This document shows, in pieces, positions 12,358 through 24,571 of a DNA stretch of 64,000 nt (within the stretch, counting starts at the first letter, position 1; the number at the start of each line of letters is the position of its first letter). The translations under genes and the position numbers were made by a program. Under the pieces are notes generated by a model. That model worked only from the letters and a program-made list of their open reading frames with translations, was not told the DNA's origin and did no database searches. Origin of the DNA: Marsupella aquatica (Eukaryota; Plantae; Marchantiophyta); NCBI GenBank assembly GCA_973895155.1, contig OZ316899.1, positions 3,493,455 to 3,557,454 on the forward strand, given 5' to 3'.

Positions 12358-13357
12358 GTGAAAGCATGACGCCATGCATCATGCATGTATCAATTGGGCC
12401 GCATTTTGTTGCAAGGCCTCTCCAGTATGTGGCACCAGTACCACATACTGGTGCCACAATAGTATCAACAAGTAATACACTCATCATGTGTTCCTCATGT
12501 GGCTCCTCCATTGCCAAAACATCTGTTGCATGTGCGTTACCTTCAATCAAATCAGCAGATCTAGTAATCAAACTACTAAATGTTGCCAAAGACAATGGTG
12601 CAGATTTAGGACCTCCCATAGGTCCACTAAATTGCACTGGCAATCGGCTCAATTGAGCATCCCCAGATCGCCAATCGGGTCGATATGACATCGACTCATC
12701 CAAAAAATCAAGAACAAATCCCATAAGATAAAGTACTATACATCCCACTAACACATCATATGACTCAGCCTTAGTCAAAATAGCTTGAGCCTGGATCCGT
12801 GAGTTATCCTTTGGATGATCCTCTTGAATCCTAAATTCAAGTGCTTGTCTGGTGATATGTTGTTCGGGTGTAGGTCCTCCCAAAGAAGTCTGAATGGGAA
12901 AGGGACACTCCTCCAAATCATTTGGACGCAATCCCAATCCTTGTATTGCAGACTTACCCAACATCAAGGGCTGAGCACTAGTATCTAGTAACACTTGTTA
13001 TGGCTGGTATATTGCTCCAAAAGGCCCAACTAATTGGAAGATACCACTCCAATTATCCAATGATACCACACTAGGTTTAAACCTAGTTCTCTCAAAGGCA
13101 GGGCGTGTTGGTAACTCCATCAACCTCGCCACTGCTGCTTGCCATGTTTCACCACTAGCAATAGGTGGAATCAACTCCACAACTTCAACATTATGCATTG
13201 TCTTTGCACGAGAAGCAACAACTGGAGTCAGTGTCTTCACATAATGTGGCCGCCAATTTGAACACTTTAGCTGGACTAACTCCCAATGCCAACATATCTA
13301 TTGCTGAAAATAATGGGGTGTGCACAATGTTTGTGGCCGCCCCCATCAAGGTACTTG
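12358..13357 (-). pseudogene. Aspartic protease and gag remnant of element C
   Basis: VLLDTSAQPLMLG (DTG-like active site) and YDVLVG in ORF 12353-12994; degraded upstream frame. Confidence 0.75.
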
Positions 13358-13717
13358 TGTGACACTGCCGGTACGGTGGGTAATGAGTGATTCGGCCTAA
13401 CCACGCTTAGCACGCGCGTTAGGGGTATCTTAGGCCATAATTATTAGCGTAACAACAGTATTTAGGTAGCCATTATGAGTAGGACATCATTAGTCAATAA
13501 GGGGCATTCGTGTTTGGGCTGGCGGCGGGTTGCCATTTGCACGCCCTGTTTGCGAGCGTGTAATGGACCCCCTCCCTCGGGTCCGTATAACAAACTTCGG
13601 GAGACGGCCACTGACACGCGCTGACCCGGACTGGCAGAGTGGCCGGTACACTGCAAGCATGAAAGGCTTGGCCTATAAGCGACGAGGAGACGTCGGGCGA
13701 CCAACGAGCTCTCAGGG

Positions 13718-13725
13718 TATAAAAA
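13718..13725 (+). promoter_or_regulatory. TATA box in LTR A1
   Basis: TATAAAAA ~360 nt into the LTR and ~100 nt before the conserved ATG (13824); the same motif is present in A2 and A3. Confidence 0.55.
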
Positions 13726-13823
13726 GGGGGCCAATCCTTTGTAGTGCACCAGTTCTTCAGTCCACGCGCCAGCTTTGACCCCAATTCTCTCGCCCATCCT
13801 TAGTCGCCTTCTATCTCCTCTGA

Positions 13824-16574
13824 ATGTCGCACACGATCCTTTCTAGTTCAGCCATACGATTTTGGACATAGTTCTTGTCTATCGGGGGGCACTTGGCCGA
13901 CTCATTAAAACACGCCAACCCACACCGATACAAAATTGAACGCGAGTACAAGAGAGCCATCCGCCTAGCAGGCCGCCACCACTATCTCCTTAACTTTGAT
14001 TACCCGTCCCAGAGCAAGCTTTACCGACCCAAAGAAATATCAGGGTACTTCTTCGACAAGGGCAAATACATCAGCTTTTGGGAGGCATTGCTTTGGCTTC
14101 CGGACGCGGTCTTCACTATCCCGGGCACGATTGACTTACAGCGGCACCACTTTGACCACATCCCTGCTCGGGTCCACGCCATCATCCACAACAAGTTCAA
14201 CACTACCCGGTCGACAAGGCCGTCTACACTTGCTTCAAAAAACCTCTACCGACACCTGTAGAACTTCATGGGAACCAGACCATCAACCACCGGTGCCGGC
14301 CTAGCCGAGCCCATGCCAGTACTTGCACCAACACCGGCTCAGGCTCAGGCTCCGCCTCAGCCTAGCCGATCCCCACTGCCGGTTGCCCCGCCCGTACAGG
14401 TGCGATCCGTCATCAATGCTGTGGACCTTAGCGATGACGACGAGGATACCCCACCCTTGCTCAGGTGGCCCAAAGGAGCGAGCACCCAGGGAGCCGGCAC
14501 TACATTGCCCCCTCCCTAGGCCCGGACCCGAGTAGCGGCTCTGGTGGACAACACGGTGACCGTAGACGCCTCCCCAATACTAACGGCGGTGGCACTACCC
14601 ATACCCGATCGGGAGGATGGGGAGATGTCACCCTCTCCGAGCCATCACGGGAGCCAGTCTTGGGGAAAGAAGAGGAAGGAACCCGCAGCTGTATCCGGGT
14701 TAACCATGGCCACGGTAGCCGCGGCCAAGGTGACAATGCACCGCATGGGGGAGAACGTGCATAAGAACATCCTCCACCCCAAACATGTGGTGTACTTGAA
14801 GACTCAGGGGTTCGAGCACCTCGCCTCTCTCCTCTGGAACACCTGCAGGTACTACAGGGAGGACATGACGGAGTTCATCAAGAATTATGACGACGCCCAT
14901 CAGCAGACTCGGCTACGGGGGCAGGAATATATCCCTCATAGAGGAGCGGCTCAGGATGATCTTCGGGCTACCCAAGGGAGATCAACGAGTTGAATCACGG
15001 GCTCTCGGGGGCAAAGGAGCCAAGTACCAATCCTTGAGTTTTCCCTCCGAGGGGTCAGTGGACAACGGGTTCGTGATGAGGACCTGCCTCATCCCCAAGA
15101 TAGCCGAGCGGCTGGAGTTCCAGAGGTACACCCTCCACATGATGGAACCCCGGGGCGAGATCTCCGCTGCCCAGGTTATTCAAGTCGAGAACTATCAACC
15201 TAGGAAGTGGACGTTGTACTTTGCTAAGAAGTTCCATGAAGAGATGGAACGGCGAAGGAAGGCGCTATACATCAGCGGGAAGACATATTTTGCAAGCCAC
15301 GTCAAGATCATTCTTGAGTGGTACGCCCGGGTATAGCGACGGAGACAGGAAACAGGTAAACAGGATTTTTTTTCCTATTTTTAAAATGTTGTTACCAGGA
15401 AAAACTCACTGTTACCAGGAAAAATGACAATTTGAAAATGCTCCTAAAACATGTTATTTCCAAAAAAAATCAACAATGCAACATTTTTGGCTAGCTTTGG
15501 GTGCTACTATTAGCAACGCCGGGCGCTAGCAAAAAAAACTAGTCATAAAAAAATTAGCAGCGCCGGGCGCTAGCAAAAAAATTTCATTAAAAAAAAAATT
15601 TGAAAAAAAATTCTGCCGAAATTTGGTGCCCGTACAGTACGGACACCTGACCATCTCGGCTGACCCCGCCGAGAAGCGATATCCATACGGTACGGACACC
15701 CATAGTGAAAAAAATTTCAAAAAAAGTTTTTTTTTCTCCATCAAATTTTGAGAAAAAAAAATGAATTTTTTTTTTTGCATTTTTTTTCGGCGCCGCATCT
15801 TGGCGGCCTCTCTGAGATGATGTGGCGACTGATATCAGGTTGATTGATGGAAACGACTGATAACTGATGATGTTACTTTACTCCCGGAAAAAAAACTTTT
15901 TTTTCTCAAATTTTTTTTTTTCAAAAAAACAAATTCCACCCATTTTCCTGTTACTAGTTTTTTTCCTGTTACCAGTTTCTGTTATTAAATCCTGTTTCCT
16001 GTTTGCTGTCTTTTGTAAACACCTCGTACGCCCGGTTTGATCGACGAACCCTTCCTCGGGCCAATGTAACTAAGTTGGTTCCGACTAAGTGGGTCTTCCC
16101 GGCCTTGGAGAGACGGCCTCAACCCGAGGCCCAAAGTCTGGCAGCCACGCAGGCCTCACCCACCCCACCTCCACAAGTAGTCGTAGCCGTGGCCGAAGAG
16201 GTACCCGACGAGGCTGTGATCGCAACCTTAGACGCAATCAACCAGGCCGGGCCGAGTACAGAAGTCAGGGCGGTGGTGGTTTTGACCAAACCCGAGGGTC
16301 CAGAAGACCCATCGGTGGCTATTCCAGAGGATAGCACGATGATGGAGGAGGACACTCCAGCCCCTTCCAACACTACATCCCCAGGGCTGGATGTCACTAC
16401 TCCGGCTCCTGCGCGAGTTGACGTCTGCCCGTGCCCAAATCTGGACAGGCACAACCTGGACCACCCAAAACTCTTCGTACCGGGTACATTTCTGAATGGG
16501 CTTTTGGGAGATTTCTCCCAACAGATTGCCCAGGATACCGGGGAGTTCATGGCCCGGAAGGTAGCCTACTTCTT
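13824..16574 (+). pseudogene. LTR-internal ORF of family A (copy A1), disrupted
   Basis: ORF pieces 13875-14261, 14268-14519, 14544-14993, 14887-15336 and 16003-16611 are colinear with the A3 ORF. Confidence 0.75.
15329..16025. mobile_element. 697-bp non-autonomous MULE relative (MITE-like)
   Basis: TSD GTACGCCC (15321-15328, 16026-16033); removal restores EWYARFD. Termini GGGTATAGCG..GACAG / CTGTC..GTAAACACCTC, CTGTTACCAG subterminal repeats and the AGCGCCNGGCGCT motif all resemble the 28416-39893 element. Confidence 0.85.
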
Positions 16575-16579
16575 TCACT

Positions 16580-18062
16580 CAACTTTCTGGTCATTTGACA
16601 AGTGCCACTAAATGACATGAAAACAAGTCATTCGGGATGTCAATGTTGTGGTCATGTATGTCATGCACAATATGACTCCTAAGGGCCTCCGGTGTCTGAT
16701 TGGCCATAATGGTGATAGGGGCCAACCATTAGGGATGCTACCCACTCCACATGGTGCGGGATGTAGAAGGCATAAACTCTGGGCGACTAGTTATCTTAAT
16801 TTGGCATCGCAGTAGTTTTTATGACCCAACTTTTGCACCTTGAAAGGGCATCACCCAACTTTTGGCAAAACACTCGCAAGTTGTATGACTTTGGAGTCAT
16901 TTTCCCAAATAGTTGCAAACCACACTCATTTTGTCATTTGTAAACTAAGGATTTTGGGTCATTTGTGCGTGTGAATGAATATTTTCATCATCTATGCAGT
17001 CTTAGGAGAAGTTATTGATGCAAATGACACAAAACAAAGTCATTCATGATGTCAATGTTGCAATCATGCACGTCGCAAACAATATGACTCATTGGGGCAT
17101 GTGGGGGCTAATTGGCCATACTGGTGCTCATAGCCGGCCATTAGGGATGTTACCCACCCCACATGGTGTGGGATAGGGTACTCGACAACCTTGGGCCACT
17201 AGTTATACCACGTGGCCTCCACAAAGCTTTTTAAAACACACATTTTGCACCTTGGAAGAGCATCACCCAACTTTGGGCAAAACACTCCCAAGTTGTATGA
17301 CTTTGGAGTCATTTGCTTGAAGGGGTGCAAACCACTATTGCTTGGTCATTTGGAAAGGATTTAGAGTCATTTGTGCGCGTGACTAAGGGTTTTTGTCATT
17401 TGTGCAGTGCCGGGAGACGTCATTTGTGCAAATGACACAAAAATCAGTCATTCATGATGTCAATGTTACAGTCATGCATGCCATGGGTAATATGACTTGT
17501 TTGGGCCTTCGGGGGCTGATTGGCAATATTTGTGATTGTAGCCGGCCATTAGGGATGCTATCCACTCCACATGGTGCGGGATAGGATACTTTTCAACCCT
17601 CGACCACTAGTTATGCCACTTTGTCTCCTAAAGGTTTTTTGTAGCTGACTTTTTGCACCAAGGAAGGGCACTGCCCAACTTTGGGCAAAACACTCCCACG
17701 TTGTACGACTTAGGAGTTATTTACCTAAAGTGGTCCATATCACTCCCATTTGGTCATTCCCAAGGGATTCCGAGTCATTTTGCGAGTGAGTGCACTTTTT
17801 GGTGATTTGTGGAGTCCTCTAATACGTCATTTATGCATTTGACATGAAAATGAGTCATTGTTGATGTCAATGCGGCAGTCACGCATGCCATGGACAATAT
17901 GACTCTTTGGGTCTTGTATGCGGGATTGGTCATATTGGTGATAGGAGCCCACCATTAAGGATGCTAGCTACCCGTAAAGAATGTATTGCATTTGGCTATT
18001 ATGGAGTGCCGTGAGTTTAGGTTTTGGGCAATGACATCAAAACAAGTCATTTATGCTGTCAA
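16580..18062. repeat. Tandem satellite, ~408-412-bp unit, ~3.5 copies
   Basis: The unit marker AAATGACA..AAAC/T.AGTCATT..GATGTCAATG recurs at 16610, 17022, 17430 and 17838, with a shortened copy at ~18030. Confidence 0.85.
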
Positions 18063-18597
18063 CCCTAGGAGTGAGGACTATGAGATTAGTGATTTAATAT
18101 GTGAGTGACTAATTTTATGAGAATGTCCACCAAATGACTTCCTCACTTAGGTAATTGTGACGTGTCAATGAGGATGTACATCCTAAACCTATGCATATGT
18201 TTGTAATTTGTTTTGTGTTACATGCATATATGTGATGCCGCCGGTACGGTGGGTAATGAGTGATTCGGACTAACGATGCTTAGCACGCGCGTTAGGGGTA
18301 TCTTAGGCCATAATTATTAGCATAACGATAGTATTTAGGTAGCCATTATGAGTAGGAAATCATTAGTCAATAAGGGGCGTTCGTGTTTGGGCTGGCGGCG
18401 GGTCGCCATTCGCAGGCCCGGGTTGCAAGCGTGTAATGGGCCCCCACTCTTTCCCCTCGGGTCCGTATAACAAATTTTGGGAGGCGGCCATTGACACGCG
18501 CTAACCCGGACTGGCGGAGTGGCCGGTACATTGCAAGCGTGAAAGGCTCGGCCTATAAGCAACGAGGAGGCGACGAGCGATTGACGAGCTCTCAAGG

Positions 18598-18605
18598 TAT
18601 AAAAA
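18598..18605 (+). promoter_or_regulatory. TATA box in LTR A2
   Basis: TATAAAAA at the position equivalent to that in A1 and A3; ATG at 18704. Confidence 0.55.
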
Positions 18606-18703
18606 GGGGGCCAATCCTTTGTAGTGCACCAGTTCTTCAGCCCACGCGCCAGCTTCGACCCCATTTCTCTTGCTTATCCTTAGTCGCCTTCCCTCTCGTT
18701 TGA

Positions 18704-19767
18704 ATGTTGCACACAATCCTTTCCAGTTCGGCCATACAATTTTGGACGTAGTTCCTGTCTATCGGAGGGCACTTGGCCAAATCATTGAAACATGCCAACC
18801 CACGACAATACGAGATCGAACGCGAGTACGAGAGAGCCATCCGCCTAGCAGGCCGCCATCACTATCTCCTTAACTTTGATTACCCATCCCAGAGAAAGCT
18901 TTACCGACCCAAAGAAATATTAGGGTACTTCTTTGACGGAGGCAAATATATCGGCTTCTGGGAGGCATTGCTTTGGCTCCCGGATGAGGTCTTCAATATC
19001 CCAGGTACGATCGACTTACAGCAACACCATTTTGACCACATCCCCGCTCGGGTCCGGGACATCATCAACAACAATTCCAGCGCTACCCGATCTACAAGGG
19101 CGTCTACACTTGCATCAGAAAACCTCTACCGGCACCTACAGAATTTCATGGCAACCACACCATCGACCACCGGTGCCAGCCCAGCCGTGCCCGCATCAGT
19201 ACCAGCTCAAGCTCAAACTCCGCCTTAGCTTAGGCAACCCCCGCCACCAGTCGCCCCACCCCTACAGGTGAGATCCGTCATCAACGCTGTGGACCTCAGT
19301 AACAACGAAGAGGCTACCTTACCCTTGCTCAGGCGGCCTAGAGGAGCAAGTACCCAGGGAGCCGGCACTACATCGCCCCTTCCCCAGGCCCGGACCAGAG
19401 TAGCGGCTCTAGCGGACAACACGGTGACCGTAGCCGCCCCGGCCCCAATACTAACGGCGGTGGCACTACCTACACCCGATCGAGAGGATGGGGAGGTGTC
19501 ATCCTCCTCGAGCCAATCTCGGGGAAAGAAGAGGAAGGAACCCGCAGCTGTATCCGGGCTACCCATGGCCACGGTAGCCGCGGCCAAGGTAACAATGCAC
19601 CGCATGGGGGAAAATGTGCATAAGAACATCCTCCACCCCAAACATGCGGTGTACTTGAAGACTCAAGGGTTCGAGCACCTCGCCTCCCTCACCTGGAACA
19701 CCTACAGATACTACGGGGAGGACATGACGGAGTTTGTCAAGAATTATGATGACGTCCGTCAGCATAC
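18704..19767 (+). pseudogene. LTR-internal ORF of A2, 5' part
   Basis: ORFs 18773-19228 and 19268-19798; interrupted at RQH/T by element B. Confidence 0.75.
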
Positions 19768-22700
19768 TGTGATGCCTAGCCAGGAATCACTGGGCTAGTT
19801 TAAGGGGAAAAGGGAAGTGTACCCTAGAAACACCTTAGTATAGCTACATAAATAAGGAAAATATAAACAATTAAGGGTGACTATGGAACCCAAGCCGAGG
19901 CTGGAAGTAAGGACGCCAGGGGAGAGAACACGATTAGGGTTAGGGCACGCTAAGTGCCGGCGGCTAGGGGTAACCAACGGGAGCGAGAACCAGAGGAGGA
20001 GAGGGGTAAGGACCGCTCGCGAGGAATAGTAGCTCATTTGCAAGCACGAATTGAGCAGGCGACTACGGGCGGCCAACTACTGTCAACTACTTAGGCAAGC
20101 GCTCAGGGTGGGAACAGATACCGACTATCAACTCGAGAAGGGTATGAGCAACGTCAATCAAGCGGCACATTTTTGGGGATGCCTGTTCGAACGGGCAACT
20201 GAGTACATTGGGACTTACGAGGACGCAAAATCGGAGAGAGCAGCTCGAGAACGGCAGGAGCTCGCCCGATTATGGGAGCTGCAGAAAGCTGCCTTCTTAG
20301 GAGGAGAACTCATCAAGGCTGAATTCCTGTGGACGCCTACTGGCAACGAGCTAGACGACCTGCTGTTTTGCGAAGACAGAGTCGTCGGCATCCGAGAAGC
20401 CATCAAACGCTGCAATGACATACACTGGGAGTTGAAGGGTAGCACGGAGGGGTGGACAAAGGCAACCGTGCTAGGAGAGACATCCACGACAGCCGAGATG
20501 AAGAGGAAGGGGAACAACAACGAAGAGGCCACCCCGGCAAAAAGAACGCGGTCGGTGGCACCAAAGAAGCCAGCAGAACAACAGAGCAGGAGGCAAAGAG
20601 AAGCCGAGGAGGAGGAGGTCGACCCCATCAATGCCATTCCAACAAACGATGACACCTGGAAAGGTTGGGCGGCGACCCTACCGGAGGAAGTGCAATTACA
20701 CTTTGCACGGGAGGAGGATGCATGCTTTACAGCCATGCAGACCAAGAAGTACCAAGGCTTCATGGCCGGATCCGGCTTGGAAGCCTTTGTAAGATTACCA
20801 TGGCTGAAGCCGAAGGTGCAGGACTCAGACTTGTTAGAATTCATGGGATCATGGGAACCCGAGACCAATTCCACGAGGGTGTATGGGAAGGATTTCTATC
20901 TCACTCCCCGGGTGATTGCTGAAGTGTTTGGCTTGCCGATGGGTAATAAGACCAAGGTTGATACCAGGAAGACCTTACCTGACAAGGAGTTTCGGTCGTT
21001 CCCAGGACCATCAACAAAGAATGGCTTCTTCCGGAACACCTGCACCAACCCGCACATCGGAGAGATGATCGATTTCTTGCGGGTGACCATGCACTGTAAC
21101 TTGCCGAGGGCAGAGATTGGCAAGGCTCAGGTCTACCTGGCAGAAAGGCCAGACCCAAGCCGGGATTACAACGGGTACCTCCTCAACCAACTAAAGAAGA
21201 TCTTGAAGGAGGAACAGCAGGTGATTGGCGTGGGAAGCGTGTCCCGGCTTGGCTATCACATGCCGCTGTTGTGCCGGTATGCCAGAAGTCAAATCTTTGC
21301 CCCAGTACTTCCCCTATCGACAAGAGCACCGGAGGAGGTCCCGGAGCAGAGGCTGGCACCAGAGAAGCCCAACCAGCCCGACAGTCCGACGATCGAGCAG
21401 GTGTTTAGACCAAGGAAAGAAGACTTGCCGATGCAGCAGCCAGGCATGCAGAATCTGTTGAAATTGCTGGAGAACGGTTCCGGCAACGGCAACAGAACCG
21501 GCACCGATACAGGACGCTGCCCCAGAAGCCGACCTAAGCCGGATTACAAGGGAAAACCCCTTTACTGGAGTCAAGGAGAGAGGGAGGCCGGAACACGAGC
21601 CGGGAGTCCAGATGTATGTAGGAGCCTCAAGTCCCGAAGCTGAGGAAAAGCAGGCCGTAGCTCCCGGCCACGACAAGGAGAACAAGAGATCAACACGGAA
21701 GCCGGAGGAGGAACCAAGACCGGTGAGAGGTGAAGCCGTGTTCACAACAAAACCAGGAGAACAGCGGGAGAAGCCAGTAGTCCAAGCCGAGGAGGAGGCG
21801 GTAGAGGACTACAGCAATGATGACTCCGACTACGGGTCGGATCATCATGTTCCAGGAGTAAGGACCTGTGGCCGGTTCATCCCCACGCTCCCAAGAGTAG
21901 TTCGAGGAGACCCAAGCCAGCAGAGCAGCCCCAAGTCTCCCCCACCAGATGTCGCTCCCCCGAGCTTTGACGGCATAAAACAGACGGCGCAGGAATTTCA
22001 GGAGCAAATCAGGGAGGAAGAGGAGGCAGCCCTGGCTAGGGAAAAGGATTTACCAGGAGGAGAATGGCCAGAGGACATCAGGCGGCTTGCAGAAAAACAA
22101 AGCAACCCTCTTGCCACCGTAGAAGAAATCCGCAAGACGGCTTGGGAGCAGAGGCCGCGGTGGTTGATGCCGATGACTTCTAGTTACTCCACCTATGCTA
22201 AGGATAGAGCCATGGAGTACGGGGAAATGTGTGGAGAGCTGGCGCTCAGCATCTTTGGGGAGGAAATGGAGCAAGGACCCTTTTTCCAGAGGGAGATGTT
22301 GGAGAAGCGCCAATTAGAAGAAGCGGTGGCTTTGGAAAGAAGCAAGAAGGACGAGGTCATCCGTCGGCTTAGGGCAAGAGAAGCCGAAATCAAAGACCTG
22401 GGGGCGGCCAAGAAAGCCCAAGATGAGCTGTGGATTAAGCGGCATGAGCTAAATATCATGCAGGGCCAATTGGATACCGCACAGTCTGATAATCGGATTA
22501 TCGAGAATAAACTGACTCGAACCCAAGGAGAGTTGGCCGATGCGATCAAGGAGCGAGAGAAGTGGAAGCGAGAGCTGAGGGATGCAGAGGAGGCCCACAT
22601 AACGGCCAACAACCGGGCCATGGCGGAGACCCAGAGAAGGGAAAGGGCATTGAAGGGGGAGCTCAAGGTTATCCGCGGAGCCCTTGAGAAGAAGGAGGCC

Positions 22701-24502
22701 GAGTTAGGGAAATCCTATCAAGGGATTATTGCGCTGCAGCAAGAGCTTGCGTCCCTAACTGCCAGCTTCAAAGCCGACCTGCGTGAGAAGGACAATATGC
22801 TCGATCAGACTTACGCCAAGATGAACCAGATGGAGTCTGTCATCATTGCAGAGCTTGACAAGGAGTTAAGAGCGACCCAGGAGGAGAGAGCTGCGTTTAA
22901 AAAGGAATTGGAGGAAGCCCAGAAGGAGCTGGAGGAGGCGCGCAAGGACCTGGACAAAGTGCAGGAGGAGTTGGAGGAAAGCACGCGGAAGCTAGAGAAC
23001 TTACAACGACGAGCCGACAACCAAACGGAGCGGCTGAAGAAACAAGCCGCAGTATTTAAGTGCTTGGCTTCATCAGGGCCAACTCAAATTGAGGCCACTA
23101 AGTTACCAGGAGTGGTACTGGCCGAAGGACAAACCGCGCCATTTGCACCAGTGCCAGAAGTAAGTGAGAAGGGGAAGGGGCCAGCTGCCGAACCAGAAAA
23201 GAAGAAGAACAGAAACCTTCAGGGTCAAGGAGTAATACGGCTCCACAGGCCGTGGTGACCATGGAGGTAAATCCAGCACCGACCTCAGGCAGGATTACGG
23301 CAGAGGATCCAACTACCCTAGAAGGGGATGACAAAGCCAAGGCCAGGATACTCGATAATGAAGCCGAGGTACCCAATCTGCCACTTAAGTGTGCACGGGA
23401 GGCCGTAGTCGAGGCTGAGGCCGTAGCCAAGGCTGATGTTGAAGCTGATACCGTAGCCGATGCCGGGGGTGGACCCAGTCAGGCCGATGGAGAGTTGACT
23501 CAGTCAAGGACAGGTAATCTATCAGAGAACAAACCTACGGCAGTGGCTGAGGAGGAAGCATTGGGGGCGTCCACTGAGGGACAGACACCGCTGCCATGAC
23601 GGTGGTGGAGGGCCGCTCCTTTCAAGGAGGGTGGACGTGGATGGAGGAGGCGTGAGTGGGCAGGGCGGGCTCAGATCTCTAAGTTTAGGATTAGGATCAG
23701 GACCAGGAGGCGGCCCTGACAATTAGCTTAGTGGGATTGCGGTTCCACTGGTAAGAGCAACACTTGTACTCCTGCCTCGCTGTACATAGGTAGATTCAGT
23801 TAGGTAGATTAGGCTTACGTTGCAAAGAATTAGGCAGATCCACTACCAGGATAAGTACCTGGGCAGCGGGGAGCTCAGGGCCTCTTCTTTAGCAAGTTTT
23901 TAGTTGCACCAGCCGGGCTGGTATCAAGTAGTAAGAGAAGCTCTCGGTTAGTCATACAATGACCCTTGTGTATATTCATGTTTCCTCATGCCTAAGAGCT
24001 GAATAGAGTTGGCCTCACAGCTTAGTTCGCAGAGCTTGTGTATGAGACGTACTGTTTGTATGGCAAGTGCATGGTATGACTCAGTCAGAAGGAGTCATTT
24101 TGCTATTTGTGTGTCGCATTAACTTGTGTGAAGAGTGCCCACATCAACTAATAGATGAAGGAAAGTAAGCAAGGGAGTGAGAGTTGGATGTGTCGAGCTG
24201 AGAGAGGTCTTAGCGGCTTAACCAAGCCTATTGGGGATCATTCCGGCGGCGGAATCCAAATATACCTAACAAGAAGGAGGGGAAGACAAGGGAAGGCCTA
24301 GATTAGGCCGACTACGTATCTCATGACCCGATGAAGGATCTGTCCAGTATATGTGTGTAAAATGTTAATAGTAGTAGTAGAGGGAGGTTAGCAGCATCCC
24401 ATGCCACTAAGCCGCGAAAATGGCCTCGCCAAGCGCGAAACCTGCAGGAATCGGCTTGTGAAGGGGGTTTCTGGGGTTTAGGGAGCCATGGGACGCACCA
24501 CA
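19768..24502 (+). repeat. 5' LTR of element B (4735 bp)
   Basis: TGTGATGCCTAGCC...GGACGCACCACA; matches 42047-46800. Confidence 0.95.
20051..23599 (+). pseudogene. Long ORF(s) inside the B 5' LTR: conserved plant-retroelement accessory domain plus coiled coil
   Basis: ORFs 20051-21643, 21612-23258 and 23252-23599. GLEAFVRLPW..DLLEF..TRVYG..LTPRVIAEVFGLP domain followed by a heptad-rich E/K/L region. Confidence 0.7.
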
Positions 24503-24506
24503 TTTT

Positions 24507-24523
24507 TGGCGCTAGATGGAGGG
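24507..24523 (+). other. Primer-binding site of element B
   Basis: TGGCGCTAGATGGAGGG lies 4 nt after the LTR; TGG start is complementary to tRNA CCA. The tRNA isotype was not determined. Confidence 0.75.
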
Positions 24524-24571
24524 GGCATTTCTTAAGCCGTGAGATATGAAGTTAGGAAAGAAGCGTAGGTA

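Larger units (their letters stand above)
5700..13357 (-). mobile_element. Ty3/gypsy LTR retrotransposon C carrying DNMT and PHD domains; 5' end lost or displaced
   Basis: Minus-strand domain order PR, DNMT, RT, RH, INT, PHD, then a G-rich PPT (6341-6350) and an LTR starting TGTGGG at 6337. Interrupted at 13358 by a family-A LTR. Confidence 0.9.
13358..16574 (+). mobile_element. Family-A LTR copy A1, 3'-truncated
   Basis: Starts TGTGACACTGCCGGTACGG and is colinear with the LTRs at 18231 and (minus) 62155. Similarity stops after GTAGCCTACTTCTT at ~16574. Confidence 0.9.

Noticed and set aside
19795-20076. 93-aa antisense ORF present twice (also 42074-42355)
   Set aside because: The duplication simply reflects LTR identity; no motif or independent evidence of coding.
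21612-23258. env-like gene
   Set aside because: Coiled coil only; no signal peptide or transmembrane stretch is visible.
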